From an uncultured Chloroflexia bacterium (lineage in GTDB: Bacteria; Chloroflexota; Anaerolineae; JAAYZQ01): a DNA stretch of 64,000 bases. The DNA is taken from contig CAVOXA010000010.1 of NCBI GenBank assembly GCA_963700285.1, forward strand, positions 1,024,001-1,088,000. Direction: 5' to 3'. The translations under genes and the position numbers were made by a program. The notes below the pieces were generated by a model. That model was given only the letters and a program-made list of their open reading frames with translations, was not told the origin of the DNA and ran no database searches. Shown piece by piece: positions 51,108-60,819 of this stretch. Numbering within the stretch: the first letter of the stretch is position 1; each line of letters begins with the position of its first letter.

Positions 51108-52145
51108 TCAACAAGGCATATACTTCTCATTGGGATACATCATCACCTTGATCTCCCGCTTGGCCTCCAGCGACTCAAAGGCATCGCGCCACTCCTCCAT
51201 GGTGATGCTGCGAGTTATGATTGGCTCCAACTGGATCTTGCCCATGGCCATGATCTTCAGTGCCCGCTCCCACGAATGCCAGCCAGCGGCCAGGCGTACT
51301 GCCTGATCGGCGTATTCCATCCCATCCCATCCCCAGCTACCCCGGATCGTCAGATTGTTGTAGGGAACCTTGTCCAGATTTACTGTAAAGTCATAGCCCC
51401 ACAGACCGATGGCCGTGATCCAGCCGCCATTCTTCACCATGCGCGTTGCCTGGGTGATGGCCGCCTCCCCACCGGAGCAATCGAGGACGAGGTCAGCACC
51501 TTCACCACCTGTGAGGCGCAGCACTTCCTGTACAGGATCATCTTCGCTATAGTATACGTAATCAGCGCCCAATTCCTTGGCCTTCTCCAAGCGTACCGTA
51601 TCGTCCCTCAACCCGGTCACCACGACCGTCCGAGGGCTGAACAGTTTGACGATCTGTAACAACGTCAGGCCGATAGGCCCAGGCCCGGTAATGACCACAA
51701 AATCAGCCGGATTGATGCGGCTGCGGTACATGGCTGCGTGGCTCATACAGGTAACCTGCTCGATGAGCGCGCCCTCAGCGAAAGACAGATTGTCTGGCAG
51801 CCTGTGGGCCAATTGCTGAGGCAGTGCAAGGCGCTGGGCGTATGCCCCGTTCACGTGGGTTCCCACCCGGCCCTCCAGGGTCTCCAGATCGCCACATATG
51901 CGAGTGCCGATCTGCCATTGGTCGCTGGCCTGTTCGCCTTTGTCGATCACAACGCCCGAAAACTCGTGTCCCAAGGTGACAGGGCGCCTGTGTTCTTTCT
52001 CATCACGCCAGATGTGCAAGTCACTCCCACAGATGCCAACGGCGCCAACCTCGACCAGCAGGTCTTGGGGAGCGACCTGCGGTTCGGGAACTTGCACCAG
52101 GCCCATGCCACCTTTGCCATCTCCGTATTTCTGTATTGCTTTCAT
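51108..52145 (-). CDS. Zn-dependent dehydrogenase lacking the structural-Zn lobe
   Basis: GICGSD, LGHEFSG, GPGPIG; no CxxCxxC...C segment. Confidence 0.88.
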   Translation of the reverse strand: MKAIQKYGDGKGGMGLVQVPEPQVAPQDLLVEVGAVGICGSDLHIWRDEKEHRRPVTLGHEFSGVVIDKGEQASDQWQIGTRICGDLETLEGRVGTHVNGAYAQRLALPQQLAHRLPDNLSFAEGALIEQVTCMSHAAMYRSRINPADFVVITGPGPIGLTLLQIVKLFSPRTVVVTGLRDDTVRLEKAKELGADYVYYSEDDPVQEVLRLTGGEGADLVLDCSGGEAAITQATRMVKNGGWITAIGLWGYDFTVNLDKVPYNNLTIRGSWGWDGMEYADQAVRLAAGWHSWERALKIMAMGKIQLEPIITRSITMEEWRDAFESLEAKREIKVMMYPNEKYMPC

Positions 52146-52259
52146 TGCTTTTCCTCACTGCCATAGGGTATCGATTTCGGGGATTCCCGCAGCCCACGCC
52201 CGCAGTTTCTCTCGTGAGCCTGCCCATTGAGCATAGCTGGGCAGCAGGTCCATCCCGCC

Positions 52260-53576
52260 TCACACTCCCTTGGGTACAACCCTAACCAGGGTTTCGCCGC
52301 CGAATGGAATGATGCCGACCTTTGCATCACGTCCCAGGAGTGCATATGCTTCCTCAAGAGCGACCTGGACACTGGGGGCTGAATCGAACTGCAGGTTATT
52401 GATGTCCTCTGGACTGAGATGGTTCGTGACCAAAATGGTCTTGAGCACGCGGTGCCGGACAGTGGCGTGATACATGGGCACATTGAGACCGACCAGATCC
52501 TCTACCTCGCCGCGATCGACGGCTGCCCTCTGGTCCTCAAAAGACCAGGTGAGGTACTTGCGCACCGTCGGCTCGTGGGAAGGTGCGTCGCCGCACAGAC
52601 CCTCGGTGCCGTCCAGCATAAAGATGATAATACCACCTTCGCGCACTGCCCGATGGCAATAGGCGTAGGGTTTGATCCCCTGCCAGTAGTCAAAGTGGCA
52701 AGGATTGGCCGAGACGATCAGAATGTCGGCCTGATCCGGAATCGGGACGACCATCACCTGCTCGGCCAGATCGCAGGCCGCGCGGTGGGCCCTGACAAAG
52801 TGTCCGGTAAACACGCCCAGCATGTTCTTGTCCTCATCCATCACCGTATTGACGATGAAATCCAGGCCGACCCTTTCGGCAATAGCATCCATCTCGGCCC
52901 GGGGTTTGTTATCGCGGGTGCCGATCACTTCCAGCACTGGCTGGACAATGCATGCCATCAAATGCATCATGTCTGTTGTCTTCTGGCTACAGACGCCGGG
53001 CAGGATCATCTTGGAGCCGCCGCCCCACCCAGCCGAGATGTGAGGGATCACATTGCCAACGGCGATTTTGAAATCAGCATCCAGGATCTCGCGGCTGATC
53101 TCGACGGGTGTTCCACTCTCGGTGTGACCAAGATCCACGAAATCCCCATCACGGTAGTCTCGGTTGATGACCCGGTACCGTTCACGGACCTCAGCACCGA
53201 GCTTAATGCACAGTTCTTCCTCGGTCATGGGCCTGTGAGTGCCCATACCCATAAAGAAGGTCACCGCCTCGGCGGGGATGCCAGCTCTGTGGATTCGATC
53301 CAGGATATGAGGCAAGATCTTGGCCGCCGGGGTTGGCCGAGTGATGTCATCCACCATGATCACCACCTGGCCATCTGGCCTGAGAAGGTCCTCCAGTCGC
53401 CCGGCCCCGATGGGGTTCTCCAGTGCGTCCTGGACTACTCGTCTTTGGTCCGGAGGTTTGCCTGACTGGACGTGCACCGCGTGAAAGAGTATGTTTCGGT
53501 CATCAATCTCAATCTGGGTTGTGACCCCAGGCCGAAATGCAAGCTCAATCGCCGCCATCTTGCCATCCTTCATCAA
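52260..53576 (-). CDS. LarA-family nickel-pincer-dependent 2-hydroxyacid racemase/epimerase (copy 2)
   Basis: ALENPIG, DDITRPTP, MGTHR, PHISAGWGGGSK, MMH, DYWQGIKP, IPFGGET. Confidence 0.88.
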   Translation of the reverse strand: MMKDGKMAAIELAFRPGVTTQIEIDDRNILFHAVHVQSGKPPDQRRVVQDALENPIGAGRLEDLLRPDGQVVIMVDDITRPTPAAKILPHILDRIHRAGIPAEAVTFFMGMGTHRPMTEEELCIKLGAEVRERYRVINRDYRDGDFVDLGHTESGTPVEISREILDADFKIAVGNVIPHISAGWGGGSKMILPGVCSQKTTDMMHLMACIVQPVLEVIGTRDNKPRAEMDAIAERVGLDFIVNTVMDEDKNMLGVFTGHFVRAHRAACDLAEQVMVVPIPDQADILIVSANPCHFDYWQGIKPYAYCHRAVREGGIIIFMLDGTEGLCGDAPSHEPTVRKYLTWSFEDQRAAVDRGEVEDLVGLNVPMYHATVRHRVLKTILVTNHLSPEDINNLQFDSAPSVQVALEEAYALLGRDAKVGIIPFGGETLVRVVPKGV

Positions 53577-53596
53577 AGATTCGGGGCAACGAAGAG

Positions 53597-54424
53597 CTAT
53601 GATTGCCCATGTCTGTCTTCATCTGCCTGTGTCGTGACAACTTTTGCAGCCTGGATGAATTCTTGCGAGGTGATGGTCACGCAGTACAGAGCCTCCATCA
53701 TTCGGATCTGGCGTTTGGTTCCCAGAAGCTCCGCCTGCTCTTCGGGAAAGTCATTGGCCAAGGTACAATCCCGCAAGAGGATCACTTTGTAGTCATGCCA
53801 CAGGGCATCGATCACCGTGGTCATCAGACAGGCATCAGCCGAAAAGCCCACGGTGAACAAGTTCTTGATATTGAGATATCGCAGCAACAGATCGAGCCGG
53901 GTTCCCGCAAAACCGCTGTACAGATGTTTGCGGACGAAATACTCGTCCTCACGGGGATACAGAAGCTTTGAGATCTTGACATGATCGGAGTCTCCGTAGT
54001 GATATTCCCTTGGATCGATGTCGTCTTCGGCAAACATGCATTCCATGTCGGTATTCAGTTGGCGCTGGAGAACTTTGCTGAACTCAGAATTCTCCAGGGC
54101 GATTTTGGGAGCACTGTTGTTCACATAGATCACGGTCATGCCAATGTCGCGGGCAGCTTCCAAAGCTGGCAAGAGGGAGGTTTTGACTATCCGGTCCTCG
54201 TGTTCCGCGCTTCCCAGCCACGCCAGTGCGGGACGAGCTTGTGCATGGTGAGTATCCTGACGAAAGGCGGGAACCGGATCATTAGGGTGAAACCCAAGCC
54301 CATACACATCCACGACCAGGAAGGCCGACCGGCCAATATCTGCTTCATAGTCTTCGTACGCATGGCCCAAATACTCATCAGACGGGTAGAGCCGATAGTA
54401 GCGTGTCTTCAGCTTCATAGTCAT
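53597..54424 (-). CDS. Isochorismatase-family cysteine hydrolase
   Basis: Asp-Lys-Cys triad context: LVVDV, RKHLYSGF-GT-LD, GFSADACL, LLRDCT. Confidence 0.85.
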   Translation of the reverse strand: MTMKLKTRYYRLYPSDEYLGHAYEDYEADIGRSAFLVVDVYGLGFHPNDPVPAFRQDTHHAQARPALAWLGSAEHEDRIVKTSLLPALEAARDIGMTVIYVNNSAPKIALENSEFSKVLQRQLNTDMECMFAEDDIDPREYHYGDSDHVKISKLLYPREDEYFVRKHLYSGFAGTRLDLLLRYLNIKNLFTVGFSADACLMTTVIDALWHDYKVILLRDCTLANDFPEEQAELLGTKRQIRMMEALYCVTITSQEFIQAAKVVTTQADEDRHGQS

Positions 54425-54739
54425 GGCTTCCTCATAGTGTCCTGCACACTCACGACCGCGTTGTGTTCGGCGGAATGGTAGGCAGCAAGAGCGATTGCCA
54501 ACGTGAAGTTGTCCTCGCCACTCGTCTCAGGCGCGCGGCACGTCAGCAGACACTCGACAAAGTGGCGCTGGGCAGCGACGTACGAACGTTGGTAGGCCTC
54601 GATCGGCTCACAATCATAGGCTGGCTGAAACCATTGCCCCTTCGCCGTCGTCAGTACGGTTCCAGGCCTGAAGATGATAGGCTGTGACCACCCCTGCGCC
54701 GATCAGGGCGCCTTTGAGCCGCTTCGCTGCCGCTGTCAT
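54421..54739 (-). pseudogene. Remnant of a Gfo/Idh/MocA oxidoreductase (N- and C-termini joined, middle deleted)
   Basis: ATG 54739 reads MTAAAKRLKGALIGAGVVTAYHLQAWN. Another frame reads SYVAAQRHFVECLLTCRAPETSGEDNFTLAIALAAYHSAEHNAVV...* ending at 54421. Not in the ORF track. Confidence 0.75.
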
Positions 54740-54759
54740 GAACTGGGAGTTCAGCCCTC

Positions 54760-55830
54760 CTAGAGTTCAATGCCCAAGAGATGGAGCGCGATCTGTTTCA
54801 GTTTTCCTCTGGCTCCCACATACAGCCACAGGACTAGCTGGTCCGTGCTGCACGACCGGCCAGTTTCGCCGCCGATCGTTGGCAGATTGCATTCCAGCTC
54901 GCCAAAGCCACCAAAGTCCCCGCTGTCATTGTACACGTGGATCGAGTGGCCCCGGCAACCGGGCGCGTGGTCTGGTTCTTCAGCGTAGGGCATCGACGGG
55001 TTGTTGTAAAAGTTGCGAATTAGTAGATAGCCTTGACCGTCATCGAGGTGATTGTAATAAGCTAGACGCCCAAAGACATGCGCAGCCTTGTAGCCGACCT
55101 TGTACTGCCGGCCGCCGCTGATCCTGAGGCGTACGTGGCCAGGATAGATGGTCTGGTGGATCTCATCCACCGGTTCATAGTAGTCGGTATACTCGACCTT
55201 GGGTGAAGCGGGGATCACCAGCGCCCCCCCGGGGTTGAGCTGGATCAGGCTCCACGCCTCACTCACGATGTCGTCCCGCTTGCGCTCAGACAAGGTCACG
55301 ACCTGTTCGTATCCAGCATACAACACCCCGTCTAACAACTCAGGATAGCCCCTCACGTTCCTCAGTGGATCCTCGACCTGCCGGATCAGGCGCTCCAGGT
55401 GAAGCTCCTTCTGGCCCGAGGCGAGGTTGTAGGCCTGCAGCGTCATGTCCTGGGAAAGGCACCACTGGCCGGGCTCTGGTTGCTGCAAAGAGTAGGTTCC
55501 CGGGTCAACCTGCTCGGGCCAGAACACAGTTCCCCAGAAGTCGCTGCGGTCGGGAACATGGTATTGGATCTCGGGGGCGATCCACATGCGATCGCCGCCT
55601 ATGTTCCAATTGCCCGCACGAAGGAACGCCTGGAACGTATCAGGGGCAGCAAAGGCGTCGTTGGCCCAGAAAATGCTCTCGCCGCTCTTTGAGAGGAACG
55701 GACCAAAGATACGCCCACCGTACTGCGAGATAATGACGGATACGTCGTTCTGCAGGGTAAGGACTTGATAGCGTAACCCATTCTCTTCCAGACGGTCCGC
55801 GATCTGTTTGTAAGTGATCTTGCAACTCAT
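54760..55830 (-). CDS. Hypothetical beta-sandwich protein (DUF6786-like, possibly galactose-mutarotase fold)
   Basis: YGGRIFGPF, WNIGGDRMWIAPE, HVYNDSG-FGGFGELEC; sugar-cluster context. Confidence 0.55.
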   Translation of the reverse strand: MSCKITYKQIADRLEENGLRYQVLTLQNDVSVIISQYGGRIFGPFLSKSGESIFWANDAFAAPDTFQAFLRAGNWNIGGDRMWIAPEIQYHVPDRSDFWGTVFWPEQVDPGTYSLQQPEPGQWCLSQDMTLQAYNLASGQKELHLERLIRQVEDPLRNVRGYPELLDGVLYAGYEQVVTLSERKRDDIVSEAWSLIQLNPGGALVIPASPKVEYTDYYEPVDEIHQTIYPGHVRLRISGGRQYKVGYKAAHVFGRLAYYNHLDDGQGYLLIRNFYNNPSMPYAEEPDHAPGCRGHSIHVYNDSGDFGGFGELECNLPTIGGETGRSCSTDQLVLWLYVGARGKLKQIALHLLGIEL

Positions 55831-55870
55831 CGCTAGCTCTCCTGCCTGATGAAGCTTGCCCGTACCTGAA

Positions 55871-56404
55871 CTAGTCTTCGTCTTCGACCGGAGGGTAGAC
55901 CTTTTCCGGCGGCATCCTGCCCTTGGGTCGCTCGATCAACTCGATGGTGACGCCGATCTTGTCCTCGGTGTCCAGGTAGGCATAGTGTCCATCGCCGTCA
56001 TGGCCAAACCCGGCCCCGTCCTGTGTCATCACGATTCCGGCGGCATCGGCTTCAGCGAGGGCATCTTGCATATCCTCAACAAGCACACCAAAGTGGTGCA
56101 CGCCGTAGCCGTGTTCCTTGACAAAGTCAGCGTAGACCGTGTCGCCTTCAACCGGCTCGATGAGTTCGATGCGCATCGGGCCCAGATAGGAGAGCGCGAC
56201 CCTCATCCTGTACTCGCTGGGCTGTCCGTGGTAGGTCATGCTTTTCACCAACGGCTTGCCGTAGGTATAGAAATGCCAATCACCGATTCCAAACAACTTC
56301 CAATAGCTCTCGACGGTCTTTTCCAGATCTTCCACGAGGATCGCCACTTGGGCTATGCCGTTCTTGAAGAAGGGAAGCACCTGCCCAACACCCCCGTCAG
56401 TCAT
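55871..56404 (-). CDS. VOC-family (methylmalonyl-CoA epimerase-like) protein
   Basis: [29 protein letters not shown]. Confidence 0.85.
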   Translation of the reverse strand: MTDGGVGQVLPFFKNGIAQVAILVEDLEKTVESYWKLFGIGDWHFYTYGKPLVKSMTYHGQPSEYRMRVALSYLGPMRIELIEPVEGDTVYADFVKEHGYGVHHFGVLVEDMQDALAEADAAGIVMTQDGAGFGHDGDGHYAYLDTEDKIGVTIELIERPKGRMPPEKVYPPVEDED

Positions 56405-57470
56405 AGAGGTACTCCTCATCCGGGAAGAATACGGCCTTCAGAACCTTGCCCTCGAGGGCCATCATGGCTCCCTTTTCGAACTCTGACAGGGGGAACCGGT
56501 GCGTGATCAACTTGTCTCCGGGAACCCGGCCCGAAGCCAGGAACTTGAGGGCGGTGCGCTGGTGCCGGGGCGCAAAGGCGCTGGTGCCAATGATCTGCAG
56601 TGCCTCGTAGTGGACGATATTCATGTCCACACCCGGCTTGGCGTTATCCTTGGGCAAGCCGCCAAAGATGAGGATCCGCCCAGCCTTTCTGGCCATCTCG
56701 ACGGCCTGGACCGAGGCAACGGGCGCTGGCGTGGCGGTAATGACCACGTCTGCGCCTTTGCCGCCGGTCAGCCGGCGCACCTCCTGGACCAAGTCGGTTT
56801 CGGCTGCATTGATGGTGGCATCCGGCCCAAAGGGTTCAGCGAATCGCAGCCGGTCGTCCACGATATCGGCGATAAAGACCTTGTCTGCCCCCCGGGCACG
56901 GGCCAGGCTGATGTGTGTACACCCAACGGGCCCGCTGCCGATGATGACCACGGTATCACCCAGCCCGACGTGGCCACGATCTTGGGCGTTTACACAGGAG
57001 GAAATGGGCTCAGAGATTCCGGCAAGCGCAGGATCGAGTCCCTCTGGCAGGCGGTGGATGGTCCCTAACCGGACACACTCCTCAGGAATGGCAATGTACT
57101 CGGCAAAACCGCCGGGCCATTTCTGCGCGATCTCGACGTAATTCTCGCAAAGCTCGTACCGCCCATCGATGCAGAAATCGCAGACACCACAGTAGGCGTT
57201 GGGGCCGACGGCCAGCCGCTCGCCCACTTTCCACGGCCCTTGATACCTGCTGCCGACTTGGACCACATCGCCGCAGATCTCGTGGCCGATGATCCACGGT
57301 AGGGTCACCTTGCGATGTCCGCTCCGCAGCGTCCTCAGATCAGATCCACACAACCCGCAGGCGATCACCTTCAGGAGAAAACCACCTTCCGGGCAGTTGG
57401 GAACCGGCACATCCTCCACGCCAAACTCCATCGGGGCGCGGACAACAACAGCCTTCATCGTCTCTTTCAT
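56397..57470 (-). CDS. Zn-dependent polyol (L-iditol 2-dehydrogenase-like) dehydrogenase
   Basis: GLCGSD, GHE, CGVCDFC...C, GSGPVG, ITHRFPL. Confidence 0.9.
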   Translation of the reverse strand: MKETMKAVVVRAPMEFGVEDVPVPNCPEGGFLLKVIACGLCGSDLRTLRSGHRKVTLPWIIGHEICGDVVQVGSRYQGPWKVGERLAVGPNAYCGVCDFCIDGRYELCENYVEIAQKWPGGFAEYIAIPEECVRLGTIHRLPEGLDPALAGISEPISSCVNAQDRGHVGLGDTVVIIGSGPVGCTHISLARARGADKVFIADIVDDRLRFAEPFGPDATINAAETDLVQEVRRLTGGKGADVVITATPAPVASVQAVEMARKAGRILIFGGLPKDNAKPGVDMNIVHYEALQIIGTSAFAPRHQRTALKFLASGRVPGDKLITHRFPLSEFEKGAMMALEGKVLKAVFFPDEEYLYD

Positions 57471-57508
57471 CGTTCATTTCCTCCCAGTCCATTCAGGCCA
57501 AGCTCCAC

Positions 57509-58804
57509 CTATGCCTCCATCGCCAGCTGGGCGTCCTGCACTTTTCGCAGCTCGTACACAAATTTGGCGGGATTGGGTGCAAAATTCTCTTCGGTCAACA
57601 TGTCGCCCTTGGCGATATCCTTGAGGACCCTGCCGCCAGAGGCCAGGCCAAGCGGAATTGCCTTTTGAGCATGTGCATCCTCAAAGATGTAGGTACGGCC
57701 GAATATGTCTGGACTGCCGATCTCCCCAACTACCTCGCCCGGCTTCAGGTCGCGCTTGGCGATGGTCGCCACCTCCGAGACCATTTTCTTGGAAACAATC
57801 GTGCTCTCGCCATAGATGACGGCTTCGGCAATAGAGACCGGGGTCTCTATGGCGCAGAGGTGATAGGGCCGGTACAGCGTGTAGTAGGGCCCGTCCCCCA
57901 TGGAATAGAACTTCATGTCTACGCGGACACGGGGGTCGGGGGAGGTGATGATGGCAAAGACACCGGGCGCCACCTTGCCTGTGGAATAGTCAACACAGCC
58001 ACGCCGGCTGAGGATGCCGCCGTCTTCTTGGGGAACAAAGATCTTGTTCAGTTCTGGCACATCCGCCTTGACGCCATGCATGCCTGGCACGTCGGGCACG
58101 AGACCGGTGGCATTGGACATAGCAGCCAGCTCCACCATCGTCTTGGAGCCGTCCTTGAAAGCGGCCAGCATTTTGGGATTCATCCCCTTGCTTTCTGCCT
58201 CTTCCCGGCAGGAATCGGGGGTAGCGTCAAAGTTGATGACATTGTTCTTGCCCTTGCCCAGGCATACGACCTCAAAACCCATTGTCCCGGCCAGGTTGTA
58301 CAGCATCTTGCATACCCCCGGCTCGTCACCCGAGGCAGCCGTGTAGACACAGCCAGCCTTCTGCGCCAGGCGGTGCAGAAGTGGGCCGACCGTCACGTCG
58401 GTCTCTACGTTCAGCATGATGACGTGTTTGCTGTGCAGAATGCAGTTCCAGGCAACCCGGGCTCCGACTTCGGTCAGGCCCGTTGCCTCGACGACGGCGT
58501 CCAGGCTTTCCAGCTTGGCAAGCATCACCGCGTCCTCGGTGACCACATACTTGCCGGCCCGGAGCGCGTCCTCTGCTGGTCCTACCTCGTTGGTGACGGC
58601 GATCTTGGACTCGGGGATACCCATCGCTGCCAGCGCGGCCAGGGGCCGGCTGACATCGATGTCCGATATGGCCATTGTGTCCATCCCAGCCATTTGGTTC
58701 GTTACGTGGGCCAAGCCCGAGCCCATCTGACCACAACCGACCAGACCAACGCGGATCGGCTCACCCTGTGCTTCCAGTTGCTGCAAATGCTCATAGATCT
58801 CCAT
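57509..58804 (-). CDS. NAD(P)-dependent oxidoreductase, homoserine-dehydrogenase-like, with a C-terminal SAF domain
   Basis: [57 protein letters not shown]. Confidence 0.85.
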   Translation of the reverse strand: MEIYEHLQQLEAQGEPIRVGLVGCGQMGSGLAHVTNQMAGMDTMAISDIDVSRPLAALAAMGIPESKIAVTNEVGPAEDALRAGKYVVTEDAVMLAKLESLDAVVEATGLTEVGARVAWNCILHSKHVIMLNVETDVTVGPLLHRLAQKAGCVYTAASGDEPGVCKMLYNLAGTMGFEVVCLGKGKNNVINFDATPDSCREEAESKGMNPKMLAAFKDGSKTMVELAAMSNATGLVPDVPGMHGVKADVPELNKIFVPQEDGGILSRRGCVDYSTGKVAPGVFAIITSPDPRVRVDMKFYSMGDGPYYTLYRPYHLCAIETPVSIAEAVIYGESTIVSKKMVSEVATIAKRDLKPGEVVGEIGSPDIFGRTYIFEDAHAQKAIPLGLASGGRVLKDIAKGDMLTEENFAPNPAKFVYELRKVQDAQLAMEA

Positions 58805-58848
58805 GCTGTCTCCTCAATGGCCCCAGGGGCCTTTCGTTTTTTTGTGCC

Positions 58849-59733
58849 TCACACCTTCCCGGTACACCCCACCAGATCCATCACGCGTGCGGTATCTGTG
58901 TGGAAAAAGTCGATGGCGCGCGAGATGATCCCATGGTAAACTGCCCCATCTTGATCGGCTTCCTCCAGCCACTTGCGGATGTCCGCAGCAGCCCTCTTGC
59001 CCATGGCCGTATAGTAGCATACCTTGCTGATGCCGCTTTCAACGATCTCCATGTACTGGCTGTCAGCCAGCCCCGAGGCGCCGTGCATAACCAGCGGGAC
59101 ATCGACCCGGGAATAGATGTCTCGCACCAGGTCGAGATCCAGATGGGGCTCGCCTTTGTAGGTACCATGCGCATTCCCGAAGGAGATTGCCAGGGCGTCC
59201 ACTCCCGTTCTCGCCACAAAGTCCGCCGCCAGTTCCGGGTCGGTGTAGATCGCCTGGGGATCGTCACCGGCGAACACCGCAGTCGCAGCGCCTCCGCCTG
59301 ATTCCGTTGCGTCGCCGGCGATGCTGCCGAGTTCGGCTTCGACGCTGACCCCCAGCGCGTGGGCGACCCTCACTACCTCTTCTGTTTGTTTGACATTCTC
59401 CTCATACGGCAAAGTCGAGCCGTCAAACATGACGGAGGATGAGCCCAGGTATATTGCTCTCACGACGGATTCCAGGCTGTCGCCATGATCCAATATCGTG
59501 GCAACCGGCACGCTGGCCCGCTCGGCGACGTTCACCAGCATGGGCATGGCCAGATCCAGCGGGACCTGGGGCGTTACCGCCTGGTTGAAGGCCAGGATCA
59601 GCGGTGCGCGCAGCTCCTCGGCGGCCGTGACCTGGCCGATGGCCATATCCAGGTTGCCCCCCAAGAGGCTTAGGACTCCATACCGTCCGCGCCTTGCCTG
59701 CGTGAGTATCTCTTGAATGCCTACGAGCGGCAT
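58849..59733 (-). CDS. Class II fructose/tagatose-bisphosphate aldolase family protein
   Basis: LDHG, SVMFDGS, VEAELG, GNAHG, MHGASG. Confidence 0.9.
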   Translation of the reverse strand: MPLVGIQEILTQARRGRYGVLSLLGGNLDMAIGQVTAAEELRAPLILAFNQAVTPQVPLDLAMPMLVNVAERASVPVATILDHGDSLESVVRAIYLGSSSVMFDGSTLPYEENVKQTEEVVRVAHALGVSVEAELGSIAGDATESGGGAATAVFAGDDPQAIYTDPELAADFVARTGVDALAISFGNAHGTYKGEPHLDLDLVRDIYSRVDVPLVMHGASGLADSQYMEIVESGISKVCYYTAMGKRAAADIRKWLEEADQDGAVYHGIISRAIDFFHTDTARVMDLVGCTGKV

Positions 59734-59817
59734 ATTCCATCCCTCCCAGCCAGAGACAGGCTAAGGCTAGCCTCCGGTATCCAGCACCGTGCCGCACCGG
59801 TGCATGGCGCACGCCGG

Positions 59818-60717
59818 TCACACCCGAACAGCATAGCCGTTGGGATATTGCGGGCTGAGTTGATAGTCGACGATGCGTTCGAGGATCTTCAGATAGTCGA
59901 TCCCATCCTTGGCCGCCGTGTCCGCATCGGGCACCATCGGCGCGCTCTCAATGGTGCAATACCCATCGTAACCGATCCTCTTCACTGCTCGGAGCACAGC
60001 TTTAAAGTCGACGGTCCCGTATCCAGGGGTGAGAGAGTTGGAATCGCGAAAGTGCATGTGCCACAGCAGAGGATGGGCATCCATCACTGCCTCGTAGGGA
60101 TTCAGTTCCTCAAAGTTCGCGTGGAACCAGTCTAGTTGGATCCCAATGTTGTCCCGGCCGGTCAAATCGATCATGCGCTTGTGATTGAGCGCCGTGTTGA
60201 CAAACTTGCCCATTTCCAAATGGTTGGTCGCTTCAAAGACCAGCCGGACATTCTTTTCCCTGGCATAGTCGGACATGCGCTGTAGGGCATCCACGGCGAT
60301 GGCCGCACACTCGGCCACGTTGTCGGGGGTGATGTCGTCGTGAATGGCCACAGCCACAGTGACGCAGGGAGCACCCAGCTCCGCGGCGAAATCTATCGTC
60401 GATTTGGTCTCTGAGACGGCCAGATCCGCCGTCTTGGGCTCGGTCAGCGTCTTGTAGGTCGGAGAGAATGGATCCCACTCTTCGCCCCAACACTCGTTGA
60501 CGCACGACACCGCTAGCCCAAATTCCGCCTTGAGTACCTTGTTGGTTTCGAGATAGTCCTCCATCTTGACGCCGAGCCCATAACGACCCTTTGGCGGGGT
60601 GAGTTCGATGGCGTCGTAACCCAACCTCTTCAGGCGGTCGTAGGTCCGTTCCGGATGCAAATAGGTCTCTTCCTGTCCAAATGTGAGCTGCATATAGCTG
60701 AACTTGAGTTGTTTCAT
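59818..60717 (-). CDS. Sugar epimerase (D-psicose/D-tagatose 3-epimerase-like TIM barrel)
   Basis: GYDAIE, FEATNHLE, LDWFHANFEE, HMHFRDSN, PGYGTVDF, TIE. Confidence 0.85.
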   Translation of the reverse strand: MKQLKFSYMQLTFGQEETYLHPERTYDRLKRLGYDAIELTPPKGRYGLGVKMEDYLETNKVLKAEFGLAVSCVNECWGEEWDPFSPTYKTLTEPKTADLAVSETKSTIDFAAELGAPCVTVAVAIHDDITPDNVAECAAIAVDALQRMSDYAREKNVRLVFEATNHLEMGKFVNTALNHKRMIDLTGRDNIGIQLDWFHANFEELNPYEAVMDAHPLLWHMHFRDSNSLTPGYGTVDFKAVLRAVKRIGYDGYCTIESAPMVPDADTAAKDGIDYLKILERIVDYQLSPQYPNGYAVRV

Positions 60718-60819
60718 AGTAGCCATCCTCCTAGACGCCCTGCGCATTTGTCATACCAGCGACATGTACCTCGTGCGGGCAGTACCTGCTCCGCCCGGTT
60801 TTCAGCTTTCCCCACTCTT

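Noticed and set aside
35679-53576. Assigning larA, betC, iolB, frlC or hemE as exact gene names
   Set aside because: Family membership is clear, but specificity residues and context differ from the characterised enzymes and the rest of those pathways is absent here.
58819-58843. GGCCCCAGGGGCC plus T-run as a terminator
   Set aside because: The stem is very short and the T-run is on the non-coding strand, so it would not terminate the minus-strand operon.
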